Assembly: GCA_937897575.1 (NCBI GenBank)
Contig: CALCQG010000005.1
Location: forward strand, 16,526-80,525
Length of the DNA: 64,000 nucleotides
Origin: an uncultured Synergistales bacterium
Lineage (GTDB): Bacteria; Synergistota; Synergistia; Synergistales; Aminobacteriaceae
Direction: 5' to 3'
Part shown: positions 53,769-63,896 of the stretch, one piece after another
Layout: every line of letters starts with the position of its first letter
Numbering within the stretch: the first letter of the stretch is position 1
Program-made: the position numbers and the translations under genes
The notes under the pieces: generated by a model
Databases searched by the model: none
What the model saw: only the letters and a program-made list of their open reading frames with translations
What the model was told of the DNA's origin: nothing

Positions 53769-55061
53769 ATGGTCGGCACGCTTCTGGGCTCTCTCTTCCT
53801 CTTTCTGATTCTCTCCATCCCCGTCGCCGTCGCAATGGCGGGGGCATGCGTTCTCGTCTTCTGGATATTTTATCCCGGGACACCCATGATCCAGCTTCTT
53901 GCGCAGGCCATGGTGACCACGTCCGATTCCTTCCCGCTCATGGCCATCCCCTTCTTCATGCTCGTCGGGACACTCATGTCCAGGGCCGGGCTGGCCGAGG
54001 AGATCATCAACGTGGGAGACGCAATAACGGGCAGTATGCCGGGCGGACTCGGGGCGTCCACGATCGTGGCATGCATGATCTTCGCCGCCATCTCTGGCTC
54101 GGGGCCGGCTGTCGTGGCCGCCCTGGGGGTCATGCTCATCCCGGCCATGGTGGAACGGGGTTATGACCCCTCCTATGCCGGTTCCCTCGTCGCCGCAGGA
54201 GCGACGATCGGCCCGGTCATTCCTCCGAGTATCCCGATGATCATCTACAGCGTCATCGCTGGAACGTCCGTGGTGAGCATGTTCACGGCGGGGCTGTTTC
54301 CCGGCATCCTTATGGGCATACTGCTCATGATCTTCAACTACTTCATCTCCAAAAAAAGAGGGTATCTCGGCAAAGAACGCAAAGGCGGAGCGGCATGGGT
54401 GCTCAAACAGTGCTGGAAGGCCAGATGGGCCCTTCTCCTTCCCATCATCATCCTGGGTGGCATCTACGGCGGCATCTTCACTCCCACGGAGGCGGCGGTC
54501 ATCGGCTGCGTCTACGCGCTCTGCACAGGACATTTCATCTATCGTCAGATCACCGTGAAAACACTCTTCGCCGCTTTTGTGGAGGCCGGGCTGCTGTCCT
54601 GCCTTTCCATGTTCATTCTCGGCGGAGCCACAACCTTTGGCCGTCTGCTCACCATGGAGGGGATTCCCCAGAAACTTGCCGCCCAGATGACGCAGATTTC
54701 GAGCTCTCCCTTTGTGCTGATGATGATGATCATGCTTTTTCTCCTGATAACGGGGATGTTCATCGACACCACATCCAACGTCGTGCTCTTTACCCCCCTC
54801 TTCCTTCCGATCATGAAATCCGTCGGCTACAGCCCGATTCTCTTCGGCGTAGTCATGGTGATGAACCTGTGCCTGGGCATGATCACCCCGCCCGTCGGGG
54901 TGAACCTCTACGTGGCCCAGGGCATCAGTAAAGCGTCTTTTGAACGGATGATAAAAGAGGCGATCCCATTGATGGTCGCATTGGGAATTGCTATACTTTT
55001 GACGATCCTCTTCCCCGAGATAGCGCTGATGCTTCCTCGCGCTCTGGGAATGAGGGTATGA
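53769..55061 (+). CDS. dctM: TRAP transporter large permease (DctM), second system
   Basis: 430-aa polytopic membrane protein. LMAIPFFMLVGTLM and ITPPVGVNLYV are DctM motifs. Confidence 0.9.
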   Translation: MVGTLLGSLFLFLILSIPVAVAMAGACVLVFWIFYPGTPMIQLLAQAMVTTSDSFPLMAIPFFMLVGTLMSRAGLAEEIINVGDAITGSMPGGLGASTIVACMIFAAISGSGPAVVAALGVMLIPAMVERGYDPSYAGSLVAAGATIGPVIPPSIPMIIYSVIAGTSVVSMFTAGLFPGILMGILLMIFNYFISKKRGYLGKERKGGAAWVLKQCWKARWALLLPIIILGGIYGGIFTPTEAAVIGCVYALCTGHFIYRQITVKTLFAAFVEAGLLSCLSMFILGGATTFGRLLTMEGIPQKLAAQMTQISSSPFVLMMMIMLFLLITGMFIDTTSNVVLFTPLFLPIMKSVGYSPILFGVVMVMNLCLGMITPPVGVNLYVAQGISKASFERMIKEAIPLMVALGIAILLTILFPEIALMLPRALGMRV

Positions 55062-55165
55062 TTCTGCCGATGGTTCCTTCGACGTGCATCGTGGCATAGT
55101 TCGTAGGAAATCATCGTGTCTGAAGGGCATGGAAGAAGAGGGAGCATCGGATAAGGAGCGCCCCA

Positions 55166-55921
55166 TTGGACGAGAACGCGGCAGAACAGGGTCTTTCCAG
55201 CAGAATATACGACGAGCTGAAGTGCGCCATTCTTGAGTTGCGGATTCAACCCGGCTCCTTTCTCCTTGAACGCTCGATCGCTGAGGAGACGGGTGTCAGC
55301 CGTACTCCTGTCAGGGAGGCGCTGAAACGACTTGCCCAGGACGGCTGGATCATCTGGCGCGAACGGAGACGAGCGGTCGTTCGCGGCGTGGATATGGAGG
55401 ATGTACGCGATATCTTTGCTCTCCGCGCCATGATAGAGCCCTTTGTCCTCTCATCCGTCTGTGCCCGCAGGGAGTCGCGCCATCTCGCAGGGAAGCTCGC
55501 ATCGGTGATGAACAGAATGCAACAGACCTCCCGTGATGTGGTTGCGTTTATGAAAGAGGACATGATTTTTCACAGCATTCTCGTCGCTTCGCTCGGAAAC
55601 GAACGGCTTTGCGGCATCTGGAGAAATATTGCGGAGGCGTCCATGCGAATAGCGATCTATGCCCTCCATGAGCGCAGGCGTATCGAGGACGTCCTCCGCG
55701 AGCACGGCAGAATTGTGGACGCTCTCTGGGAGCAGGATTGCGGTCCCGTGCTCGAGCGGCTCAAGGAACATCATGAAAGCACGTTTCATGCATACGAAGA
55801 AAAATTTCTTTTGGAAGCGGGTTCGCAGCATGCAGCGAGCACTCCTTCTTCTTTGTTTGCGCGACGGGGGGAGCGCAACATGAGCTCCCTGGCTTTCCAA
55901 AGAGGAAAGGAGCATCCATGA
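55166..55921 (+). CDS. GntR family transcriptional regulator (FCD subfamily)
   Basis: TTG start 7 nt after AAGGAG. HTH block ERSIAEETGVSRTPVREALKRLAQDGWI. FCD-like C-terminal domain. Confidence 0.85.
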   Translation: MDENAAEQGLSSRIYDELKCAILELRIQPGSFLLERSIAEETGVSRTPVREALKRLAQDGWIIWRERRRAVVRGVDMEDVRDIFALRAMIEPFVLSSVCARRESRHLAGKLASVMNRMQQTSRDVVAFMKEDMIFHSILVASLGNERLCGIWRNIAEASMRIAIYALHERRRIEDVLREHGRIVDALWEQDCGPVLERLKEHHESTFHAYEEKFLLEAGSQHAASTPSSLFARRGERNMSSLAFQRGKEHP

Positions 55922-56877
55922 AGATAACGGTTCTCTACGGCGGGGACAGCCCCGAGCGGGAGGTCTCCCTTATGAGCGGTGCGGCGGTGGCCAAAGCGTT
56001 GACGGAGTTCGGTCACGACACCGGAGCGGTGGACCTTACGTCCAGGGAGGACCTCTTCGCCCTCCTCGCGAACGATCGGCCGGACTTTGCCTTCATCGCC
56101 CTTCACGGCGGGTGGGGCGAGGACGGGACGATCCAGGCGGTGCTCGACATGGCGGATGTCCCCTTTTCCGGGACCGGGCACGAGGCCTGCGCGCTGGCCA
56201 TGGACAAGGCGGCGAGCAAGGCCCTCTTCCACTGGAGGAGGGTCCCGTCGCCGAAGGAGCTCGAGGTGCCGTCGGGGACTTCGGCAAGCGAGCTCTCGGA
56301 GGGCGGTCGTCTCGCCGGTCTTCTGGAGCGAAGCGGCAAGCTCGTCGTGAAGCCCTGCGGCTGCGGCAGCACCGTGGGCGTGTCCATCCTGCAGGGGACG
56401 AAGGGCCTGCAGGAGGCCCTGGACCTGGCCTTCCGGTTCGACCGCCGGGCTTTGATCGAGGAGTACGTCCCGGGGAAGGAGCTCACGGTGACGGTCTGGG
56501 AGCCGAAGGGGCGGGCGGAGTGCCTGCCCGTCATCGAGATCCGCCCCAGGGTCGGGGTGTACGACTATGCGTCCAAGTACACGCCCGGCGCGACGGAATA
56601 CCTCGTCCCGGCCCCCCTGAACGCGGCGGTGACGCGGCGGGTGCAGGAGGCATCCATCGCCGCCCACGAGGCCCTGGGGTGCAGCGTCTACAGCAGGGTC
56701 GACCTCCGGATGGACGAGGACGATATCCCCCTGGTGCTCGAGGTCAACACGGCGCCCGGGATGACGGCCACGAGCCTCGTCCCCAAGGCCGCGGCAGCGG
56801 TCGGGCTGAACTTCGGGGCCTTTCTGGACTCCGTGGTGCGTCAGTCCATGGAGCGTTTCAAGGAGGTGCGGCGATGA
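55918..56877 (+). CDS. ddl: D-alanine--D-alanine ligase
   Basis: MKITVLYGGDSPEREVSLMSG, HGGWGEDGTIQAVLD, SRVDLRMDEDD..LEVNTAPGMT. The start overlaps the gntR stop (ATGA). Confidence 0.92.
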   Translation: MKITVLYGGDSPEREVSLMSGAAVAKALTEFGHDTGAVDLTSREDLFALLANDRPDFAFIALHGGWGEDGTIQAVLDMADVPFSGTGHEACALAMDKAASKALFHWRRVPSPKELEVPSGTSASELSEGGRLAGLLERSGKLVVKPCGCGSTVGVSILQGTKGLQEALDLAFRFDRRALIEEYVPGKELTVTVWEPKGRAECLPVIEIRPRVGVYDYASKYTPGATEYLVPAPLNAAVTRRVQEASIAAHEALGCSVYSRVDLRMDEDDIPLVLEVNTAPGMTATSLVPKAAAAVGLNFGAFLDSVVRQSMERFKEVRR

Positions 56878-57998
56878 GACTGGACGACTTCACGCTGGAA
56901 AAATGGCTGAACCCGAGGGACCCGACGGCGAAGTACAACCTCGGGGCGAGCTGCGTCAAGGCGTTCCACCTGGACGAATTCTTCGAGCTCGTCGGCGGCG
57001 ACGCAAACGAGTTCTACGAGCGGGAACTGAAAGGGATGAGCCTGCACTACGGCCATTTCTTCGGGATGGACCGCCTGCTGGAGGCCGTCTCGTCCCTCTA
57101 CCGGGACGCCTCTCCCCGCGACGTGCTGACGGCGCACGGCGGCACGGGGGCCAACCATATGGTGATCAGCGAGCTGGTGGAGCCTGGGGACAGGGTTGTC
57201 GTCCTGATGCCCACGTACCAGCAGCACTACGCTCTTCCCGCATCCCTCGGGGCCGAGGTCCGCCACCTGTGGCTGAGGCCGGAGAACGACTATCTTCCCG
57301 ACAGCGGCGAACTGAAGCGGGCCGTTGGCGACCGGACGAAGCTCGTCGTTCTTGCCAACCCGAACAACCCGACGGGGGCGTTCATCGGAGAGCCCATGCT
57401 GCGCGAGGTCGCCGGCATCGCGGAGAAAGCCGGCGCCTGGGTTCTGTGCGACGAAATCTACAGAGGGCTCGGCGACGGATACATGCCGTCCATTGTGGAC
57501 GTCTCCGAAAAAGGGATCGCCACGAGCAGCATGTCCAAGGTCTTCTCCATGGCCGGGACCAGGGTCGGCTGGATCGTGACGAAGGACCGTTCGCTCCGGG
57601 ACCGCCTCGAGAACAGAAGGTCCTACGACACCATCTGCTGCGGCCCCTTCGACGAACTGCTTGCGGCCATGGCATTGGAGAACAGCGAAAAGGTGCTGGA
57701 GCGGAGCAGAGGGCTCGTCCGAAGCGGGCGACGGATATTCGAGGAGTGGATGGCGACGCAGCCCTGCCTCTCCTCCACGGAAGAGTCCCTGAGCACCACG
57801 GCGTTCGTGGCGTACGACTACGATGTACCGGCGGAGAGGCTGTGCTCCGACCTCTTCGAGCGCGAGGGCGTTCTGCTGTGCCACGGAGGGTGCTTCCAGG
57901 TCCCGAAGACCTTCAGGCTGGGCTACGCCTTCGGGAGAATCGACCATCTGCGGGAGGGGCTCCGTCGGTTCGGTCTCTTCCTCGAAACCCTCGAGTGA
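56874..57998 (+). CDS. class I/II pyridoxal-phosphate-dependent aminotransferase
   Basis: LANPNNPTG, SSMSKVFSMAGTRVGW (PLP lysine context) and RLGY near the C-terminus. The start overlaps the ddl stop. Confidence 0.88.
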   Translation: MRLDDFTLEKWLNPRDPTAKYNLGASCVKAFHLDEFFELVGGDANEFYERELKGMSLHYGHFFGMDRLLEAVSSLYRDASPRDVLTAHGGTGANHMVISELVEPGDRVVVLMPTYQQHYALPASLGAEVRHLWLRPENDYLPDSGELKRAVGDRTKLVVLANPNNPTGAFIGEPMLREVAGIAEKAGAWVLCDEIYRGLGDGYMPSIVDVSEKGIATSSMSKVFSMAGTRVGWIVTKDRSLRDRLENRRSYDTICCGPFDELLAAMALENSEKVLERSRGLVRSGRRIFEEWMATQPCLSSTEESLSTTAFVAYDYDVPAERLCSDLFEREGVLLCHGGCFQVPKTFRLGYAFGRIDHLREGLRRFGLFLETLE

Positions 57999-58183
57999 GG
58001 GTGTCCCCTCTCACGGGGCGGCAAAGAACGGAGGAACGCCCGGGCGACGGCCGCGAACCTCGCGTCCGAGGCCACGGCGGCGGCAGCCGGGCTGAGCGTC
58101 GAGGCCTCCTGGACTCTGTAGCGCGCCGGTTTCAGGACCGTTTTGCGGAAGCGCGGCGGTGAGCCCCGACGGCATGTATGCTG

Positions 58184-58226
58184 AAAAAACGAGGTGCCCC
58201 GGTCGCGACCGGGGCACCTCGTTTGT
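58184..58226. terminator. bidirectional intrinsic terminator (aminotransferase / pfp convergent pair)
   Basis: AAAAAA-CGAGGTGCCCCGGTC-gc-GACCGGGGCACCTCG-TTTGTG. A 15-bp GC-rich stem flanked by an A-run and a T-run. Confidence 0.75.
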
Positions 58227-58239
58227 GAGGACAAGGGCG

Positions 58240-59519
58240 TCAGTACTTCGTCACGTACTGGAAGCGCTTCTTGAACTCCTCCTTGGGGAGGTTCGACGCC
58301 AGAGCGATCTGGTCGAACTCTATGCCCTGGTCGAAGTCGTCGGGGTCAAGGCGGATCATGTACTTTCTCGCGATCTTGTACGAGACGGAGTCGGTGTTCA
58401 CGAGGCGGACCCTGGTCTTCTTCGTCACGGGGTCCTCGATGTCCTTGAAGGAGACGGGGACGATGGCGTTGTTCTGGATGGTGATCATGGCGTTCGATCC
58501 GCCGTTTCGAAGAAATTCGAAGGCCGCGTACCCGAGGTTCCTGGTGTAGTCCACGTCGTAGGCGATGGGGGGGGCGCATCGGAGCTCGTACCCCACGTCC
58601 TTGGTGGTGATGGGCATCTTGATCTTGAGCTCGTCGAGGACTATCTGGACCTCTTTTTTGAGGACGTTGGCGAAGTCGATCTCGCCGTACCGGACGTGCC
58701 CGTGATCGTCGAGGTCCAGGCACCCGAGGTGTTCAAGGTCCTCCGTCCTGATCCGCTCGAGCAGCCCCTCGGCCACGACCGCCACGCCGTGCGCCCGTCC
58801 TTCGGCGAGCCTCTTGATCATGGCGCCCACGATGATGTCCGCCAGCAGACGGGCGGGTATCTTCCCCTTGCCCGGGAACTCCTCCGGGATGATGGTGAGG
58901 GTGGCGCCGGCGCTCTTGCCGATGCCGAGGGAGAGGTGACCGGCGGAGCGCCCCATGGCCACCACGATGTACCACCGGCCCGTGGTCATGGCGTCGTCCA
59001 TGAGGTTGGCGACCACCCTTGCGCCGACGGCCCGCGCCGTCTCGTAGCCGAAGGTGGGGATGCCCTCCGGGAGGGGCAGGTCGTTGTCGATGGTCTTCGG
59101 GACGTGGACGAAGCTGAGGGAGAGCCCCAAGGTGTTCGTGGCGTAGTCCGCCACCCGCGAGGCCGCGTAGGCCGTGTCGTCCCCCCCTATGGAGACGAGA
59201 TGGGTCACGCCCATGGAGACCAGGGTGTCCACCACTTTTTTCAGGGCGGCCTCACTCTTCGTGGGGTTGAACCGGGACATTCGGAGGATGCTCCCCCCCT
59301 CGGAGTAGATGCGGCTCACGTTGTCCAGATCGAGGGGGAGGAACTTCTTCTCCCCTTTGCCCAGGTTCGCGAAGCCGTCGTAGATGCAGAAAACCTCCCA
59401 GCCGTACTTTCTGGCCATGATGGTGACCCATGAACAATCCGGACAAGAACACCCTTGCCATCATCTGCGGGGCCGCCGCCGCAGATGATGGCAAGGGTGT
59501 TCTTGTCCGGATTGTTCAT
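58240..59519 (-). pseudogene. pfp: PPi-dependent 6-phosphofructokinase, reading frame broken near codon 18 by a fold-back inverted repeat
   Basis: The body ORF (58240-59418) has GGDD (SIGGDDTA) and PKTIDND, the PPi-type signatures, but lacks the N-terminal GGGPAPG nucleotide loop. A separate short frame starting at ATG 59519 (GAGGAGG SD) encodes MNNPDKNTLAIICGGGPA and then runs into an inverted copy of itself. The two frames are offset by 2 nt. Confidence 0.75.
59430..59519. repeat. perfect 41-bp inverted repeat with 8-nt spacer (fold-back) at the pfp 5' end
   Basis: 59430-59470 (ATGAACAATCCGGACAAGAACACCCTTGCCATCATCTGCGG) is the exact reverse complement of 59479-59519. Verified base by base. 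Confidence 0.95.
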
Positions 59520-59602
59520 GGGAGCCCTCCTCGGAAAAAAATGGCAATAATCCAATATAATGATCTTATCATATCGATCATCGGCATAAACGAGGAGGTC
59601 GC

Positions 59603-60385
59603 ATGATCTATCTCACGGGGGACACCCACGGCGTGCTCGGAAGCCGCCGCCTGACGGCCGACCGATTCCCGCCCGGCCGAACGCCCACCGAGGAGGACAT
59701 GGTGATCGTTCTCGGGGATTTCGGCCTGCTCTGGAGCGACCCTCCCACGGACCGGGAGGCGTCGGAGCTTCGCCGGATCGAGTCGTTGCCATGGACGACG
59801 CTGTTTCTGGACGGCAACCACGAGAACTTCACCCTCCTGAACGCCCTGCCCGAGGAGGATCGGTGGGGCGGCCCCGTCGGCGTGGTCTCGCCGCACGTAG
59901 TGCACCTCAAACGGGGGAACGTCTACACCCTGCAGGAGAGGCGATGTTTCGTCCTCGGCGGGGCGGCGAGTGTGGACAAGGCCTGGCGCGTGCCGGGGGA
60001 GTCCTGGTGGCGGGAGGAGATCCCGTCCCTTGAGGAGTTCGACCGCGGACGGGTCGCCCTTGAGCGCGTGGGCTGGTCCGTGGACTGGATTCTCACCCAC
60101 ACGGCCCCGAACGCCGTTCTGCAGGCTATGGACCTGGGAAAATACCTGGCCGGCGACCCCGTCTCGGACTATCTGGACGAGCTCTACGCCAGGGCGACCT
60201 ATGACCGCTGGTACTGCGGCCACTTCCATCGCGACAGGGTCTTCGACGACGGACGGTTCGTCGTGGTGGGCGAGGGGATCGTGGAGGGCGGAGCAGGGAC
60301 CTTCCTCGTCTCGGACGGGGACAGGCCGGGGCTTTGCGACCGGCTGCGGGGGATGGGCGCCCGGCGCCCCCGGGAGGGGGACTAG
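59603..60385 (+). CDS. calcineurin-like metallophosphoesterase
   Basis: MIYLTGDTHG, VIVLGDFG, LDGNHEN, THTAP, GHFH. These are the metallophosphoesterase motifs in order. Confidence 0.82.
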   Translation: MIYLTGDTHGVLGSRRLTADRFPPGRTPTEEDMVIVLGDFGLLWSDPPTDREASELRRIESLPWTTLFLDGNHENFTLLNALPEEDRWGGPVGVVSPHVVHLKRGNVYTLQERRCFVLGGAASVDKAWRVPGESWWREEIPSLEEFDRGRVALERVGWSVDWILTHTAPNAVLQAMDLGKYLAGDPVSDYLDELYARATYDRWYCGHFHRDRVFDDGRFVVVGEGIVEGGAGTFLVSDGDRPGLCDRLRGMGARRPREGD

Positions 60386-60387
60386 AA

Positions 60388-60425
60388 GGGATGTGGCGGA
60401 GGGGGTGCCCCCTCCGCCACATCCC
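60388..60425. terminator. hairpin between the convergent phosphoesterase and ptsI genes
   Basis: GGGATGTGGCGGAGGGGG-tg-CCCCCTCCGCCACATCCC has 18-nt perfect arms. The apical pairs must open to form the loop. Confidence 0.5.
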
Positions 60426-60460
60426 TATGCTCTGAAAAGCCCCCGTCCGGGGGTACCCCG

Positions 60461-62179
60461 TCAGTGCACCAGCTTCAGCGCCACGAGGAGCCCGGCGCAG
60501 TAGTCCTCCACCTCCCGGGCCGTCCCGAGGGAGAGGGCTTCGTCGGCGGCCGAGGCGAGGTCCTTGCGGCTGATGTTCCGGAGAATCCACCGGGCCTGGA
60601 GGATGGACGACGGGTTCATGCTGAACTCCGAGAGCCCCAGCCCGAGGAGCACGGGGATGAGCTTGGGGTCGCCCGCCGACTCGCCGCACATGGCCACGGG
60701 GACGCCCGAGGCCCGTCCGTTGTCGATGACGGTCCTGATGAGCCGGAGCACCGCCGGGTGGTACTGGGAGTACAGGGGTGCCAGCTTCTCGTTCTCCCGG
60801 TCGGCGGCCACGGTGTACTGGATCAGGTCGTTGGTCCCGATGCTGAAGAAGTCCACCTCGGGGGCGAAGTGGTCCGACAGGATGGCCGTGGAGGGAACCT
60901 CCACCATGATGCCCGTCTGCACGTCGCCGAAGGGGAGATTTTCCTCCCGCAGCTCGGCCCTCGCCTCCTCCAGGATGGCCTTGGCCGACCGGAGCTCCTC
61001 GAGGCTCGAGATCATGGGCAGCAGGATGCGGACCTGTCCGAAGGCGCTCGCCCGGAGCATGGCCCGCAGCTGGACCTTGAACACCTCGGGCCGGTCGAGG
61101 CAGATCCGGATGGCCCGATAGCCGAGGAACGGGTTCTTCTCCTCGGGGACGGCCAGATAGTCGAGATTCTTGTCGCCGCCCACGTCCAGCGTCCGAATGG
61201 TCACCGGCCGCCCCGCCATGGGCTCCACGACGGCCCGGTAGGCGAGGAACTGGGTCTCCTCGGTGGGGAAGTGGTCGCTGTCGAGGTAGAGGGACTCCGT
61301 CCGGTAGAGCCCGATGCTCTCGCCGTCGTTCCGCAGGACGTCGTCCAGGTCCACCGGCGAGCCGATGTTCGCCCCCAGAATGATGTCCACGCCGTCGAGG
61401 GTCCTGGTCCGCTCCCCGCGGACCGTCTCGAGGCTTTTCTTGAAGGTCTCGTACCGCTCCTTGAGCCCCTTGTACTTCTCGATGGTCTCGTCGTCGGGCC
61501 GGACGAGGACCATGCCGCTCTCGCCGTCGAGGATGAGCGTGTCGCCGTTCTCCACCTCGTCCAGGATGTGGGCGGCGCTGACCACGGCCGGAATCTCCAG
61601 GGTCCTGGCGATGATGGCCGAGTGGGAGGCCCTGCTCCCTTCCTCGGAGACCAGGCCGATGGTCCGCTCCCGGTCGATCTGGGCCATGTCCGCCGGGGCG
61701 AAGCGCCGAGCGACGATGATGGCGTCCTCGCGAAGGTTCGAGATGTCCGTCCCCCCCACGTGGAGGAGGAGCTTGATCACCCGGTCCGAGATGTTCCGGA
61801 CGCCGTCGGACCGGACCTTCATGTGGTCGCCCTCCATGTGGTCGAAGAGCTGGATGAGGTCGTCGGACACCTGCTTGACCGCCCACTCGGCGTTGATGCC
61901 CTCGTCCAGGATCATCCGCTCGATCTGCCCCACGAAGTCCGGGTCCCTGGCCATGGTCCTGTGGGCCTGGAAGAGGACGGCCTCCCTGGGGCCCACCCTC
62001 TTGATGAAGCGCGAATAGGTCTCCTGGATCTCCTCAACCGAGAGCTCCAGGGCGACGCGGAAGCGTTCGACCTCGCTATCGGGGTTCTCCACGTACTCCC
62101 GCAGGATGTCGATCTGATCCTTCCAGTAGATGACCGCCTTCCCTATGACGATGCCCGGCGAGGCCCCGATCCCCTTCAT
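60461..62179 (-). CDS. ptsI: phosphoenolpyruvate--protein phosphotransferase (PTS Enzyme I)
   Basis: MKGIGASPGIVIGKAV, GSRASHSAIIARTLEIPAV (phospho-His region), FFSIGTNDLIQYT, CGESAGDP. Confidence 0.93.
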   Translation of the reverse strand: MKGIGASPGIVIGKAVIYWKDQIDILREYVENPDSEVERFRVALELSVEEIQETYSRFIKRVGPREAVLFQAHRTMARDPDFVGQIERMILDEGINAEWAVKQVSDDLIQLFDHMEGDHMKVRSDGVRNISDRVIKLLLHVGGTDISNLREDAIIVARRFAPADMAQIDRERTIGLVSEEGSRASHSAIIARTLEIPAVVSAAHILDEVENGDTLILDGESGMVLVRPDDETIEKYKGLKERYETFKKSLETVRGERTRTLDGVDIILGANIGSPVDLDDVLRNDGESIGLYRTESLYLDSDHFPTEETQFLAYRAVVEPMAGRPVTIRTLDVGGDKNLDYLAVPEEKNPFLGYRAIRICLDRPEVFKVQLRAMLRASAFGQVRILLPMISSLEELRSAKAILEEARAELREENLPFGDVQTGIMVEVPSTAILSDHFAPEVDFFSIGTNDLIQYTVAADRENEKLAPLYSQYHPAVLRLIRTVIDNGRASGVPVAMCGESAGDPKLIPVLLGLGLSEFSMNPSSILQARWILRNISRKDLASAADEALSLGTAREVEDYCAGLLVALKLVH

Positions 62180-62388
62180 CCCTTCGCACCTCCATACCGT
62201 TCATATCTGTCCAGTATACTCGAAAAGGGGGCAGGGTTCGACCTCGAAGGACGAAAATCCTTCCCCTTTCCAGAACAGTGGATTTTCTGGTACAAAAGGA
62301 CCGCCGTCACCCCGATTCTGAGGCCTTCGTCTGGAAAAAACCGGGCCCGGGGCGTATAGTGAACGGAGCACGACGTGGAGGTGGACGA

Positions 62389-63123
62389 ATGGAGCCGATC
62401 ATCGGGTTGGCCGGAAATCTTCTCGAGGAGAGAAACTCCTCCGGGATCGAGCGGAGCTACGTGAACGACGACTACGTCGCGGCGACGGCGCGTTCGGGGG
62501 CCATCCCCTTGATCCTTCCGCTCGTGCGGGACCTGAGGCTGGTGGAGCGTCAGATGGAGGGCATCCACGGTCTGCTGGTCCCCGGCGGGTACGACGTGGA
62601 CCCGCTGCTCTACGGCGAGGAGCCGAGGGCGGAGCTCGGCTACGTCTACCGCGACACGGACCTCTTCCAGCTCGAGACGATCCGCCTGGCGCTGAAGCGG
62701 CGCATGCCCGTGCTCGCCATCTGCAAGGGCATCCAGCTTCTGAACGTGCTCTGCGGCGGGACGCTGCACCAGGACCTGTCGGAGGTTCCGGGCAGGTCCC
62801 TGAAGCACGACCAGGAGATGAAACGCTCCGTTCCGAGCCACACCGTCACCGCCGAGGAGGGCTCCATCGTCCGGCGGCTCCTCGGGGCATCCTTTCCGAC
62901 GAACAGCTTCCACCACCAGACGCTGAAGGAGATCGGCGAGGGGCTCCGCGTGACGGCGCGATCGGCCGACGGCGTCGTGGAGGCCGTGGAGATGGACGGC
63001 TTCCCCTTCGTCGTGGGCGTCCAGTGGCACCCCGAGATGATGATGTCCGGCGGCGACGCCATGCTCCCGCTCTTCCAAGCCTTCGTCGGCGCGGCGGAGC
63101 GGTTCATGGGGGAGGCGACGTGA
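62389..63123 (+). CDS. gamma-glutamyl-GABA hydrolase-like class I glutamine amidotransferase (peptidase C26, PuuD family)
   Basis: LLVPGGYDVDP, AICKGIQLLNV (nucleophile Cys), GVQWHPE. ATG 62389 follows GGAGGTGG. Confidence 0.85.
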   Translation: MEPIIGLAGNLLEERNSSGIERSYVNDDYVAATARSGAIPLILPLVRDLRLVERQMEGIHGLLVPGGYDVDPLLYGEEPRAELGYVYRDTDLFQLETIRLALKRRMPVLAICKGIQLLNVLCGGTLHQDLSEVPGRSLKHDQEMKRSVPSHTVTAEEGSIVRRLLGASFPTNSFHHQTLKEIGEGLRVTARSADGVVEAVEMDGFPFVVGVQWHPEMMMSGGDAMLPLFQAFVGAAERFMGEAT

Positions 63124-63896
63124 CGGCCTCGGTGGACGTGGTGCTCTCGCCGGCGGAGGAGCTCCCCGACGCCGACGGCTGGCTCGTCATCGACATCCTC
63201 CGGGCGACGACCACCATGTGCGCCTTCTTCGAGGGGGGCGGCCGCCGGCTCTATCCGACGGCCTCCATCGAGGCCGCCCGGGAGCTCAGGGACCGGCTGG
63301 CCGAGTCCGATGGCAGCGTCCTCCTCATGGGCGAACGGAACGCCCTGCCGCCCGAGGGGTTTGACCTGGGCAACTCGCCCCTCGAGCTTCTCGCCCTTGA
63401 TCCGTCCCGCCGGAGGGAGGCCGTCATGGCCACGACGAACGGGACGAAGGCCCTGCTCAAGGCGGGGGCCCAGGGCGTCCCCGTCTGGCCCGTCTGCGCC
63501 CGGAACGCCTCGGCGTCCGCCGAGACCGCCCTCGCCGCCGGAGGGCACATCGCCATCCTCTGCGCGGGGCGAAAGGGGCGCTCGGCCCTGGACGACGGGG
63601 TCTGCGCCGGCCTCCTCGTCGACATCCTCCGGTCGAGGGGGCGGGTTCGACTCTCCGACGGGGCGGAGACGGCCCTCCGGCTGTGGCGCTCCTGGGAGGG
63701 GGACCTCGCCGGAGCCCTGCGGTCCTCGGACCACGGGCGGGACCTGCTGGCTCTGGGGTTCGGGGCGGACATGGACTACGCGGCGCAGCGGGATGCGGCC
63801 GGGACGGTGTTCCACCTCGACCTGGGCGCGCCCCACCCCTGCATCGTCACCGAGACGCGGCGGCGCCGCGATCCCGAGAGGAGGAAAAAGCAGTGA
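63120..63896 (+). CDS. comB: 2-phosphosulfolactate phosphatase family protein (ComB)
   Basis: VIDILRATTTM, GERN..PEGFDLGNSP, TTNGTK, DDGVCAG. GTG start overlaps the preceding stop. Confidence 0.8.
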   Translation: MTASVDVVLSPAEELPDADGWLVIDILRATTTMCAFFEGGGRRLYPTASIEAARELRDRLAESDGSVLLMGERNALPPEGFDLGNSPLELLALDPSRRREAVMATTNGTKALLKAGAQGVPVWPVCARNASASAETALAAGGHIAILCAGRKGRSALDDGVCAGLLVDILRSRGRVRLSDGAETALRLWRSWEGDLAGALRSSDHGRDLLALGFGADMDYAAQRDAAGTVFHLDLGAPHPCIVTETRRRRDPERRKKQ

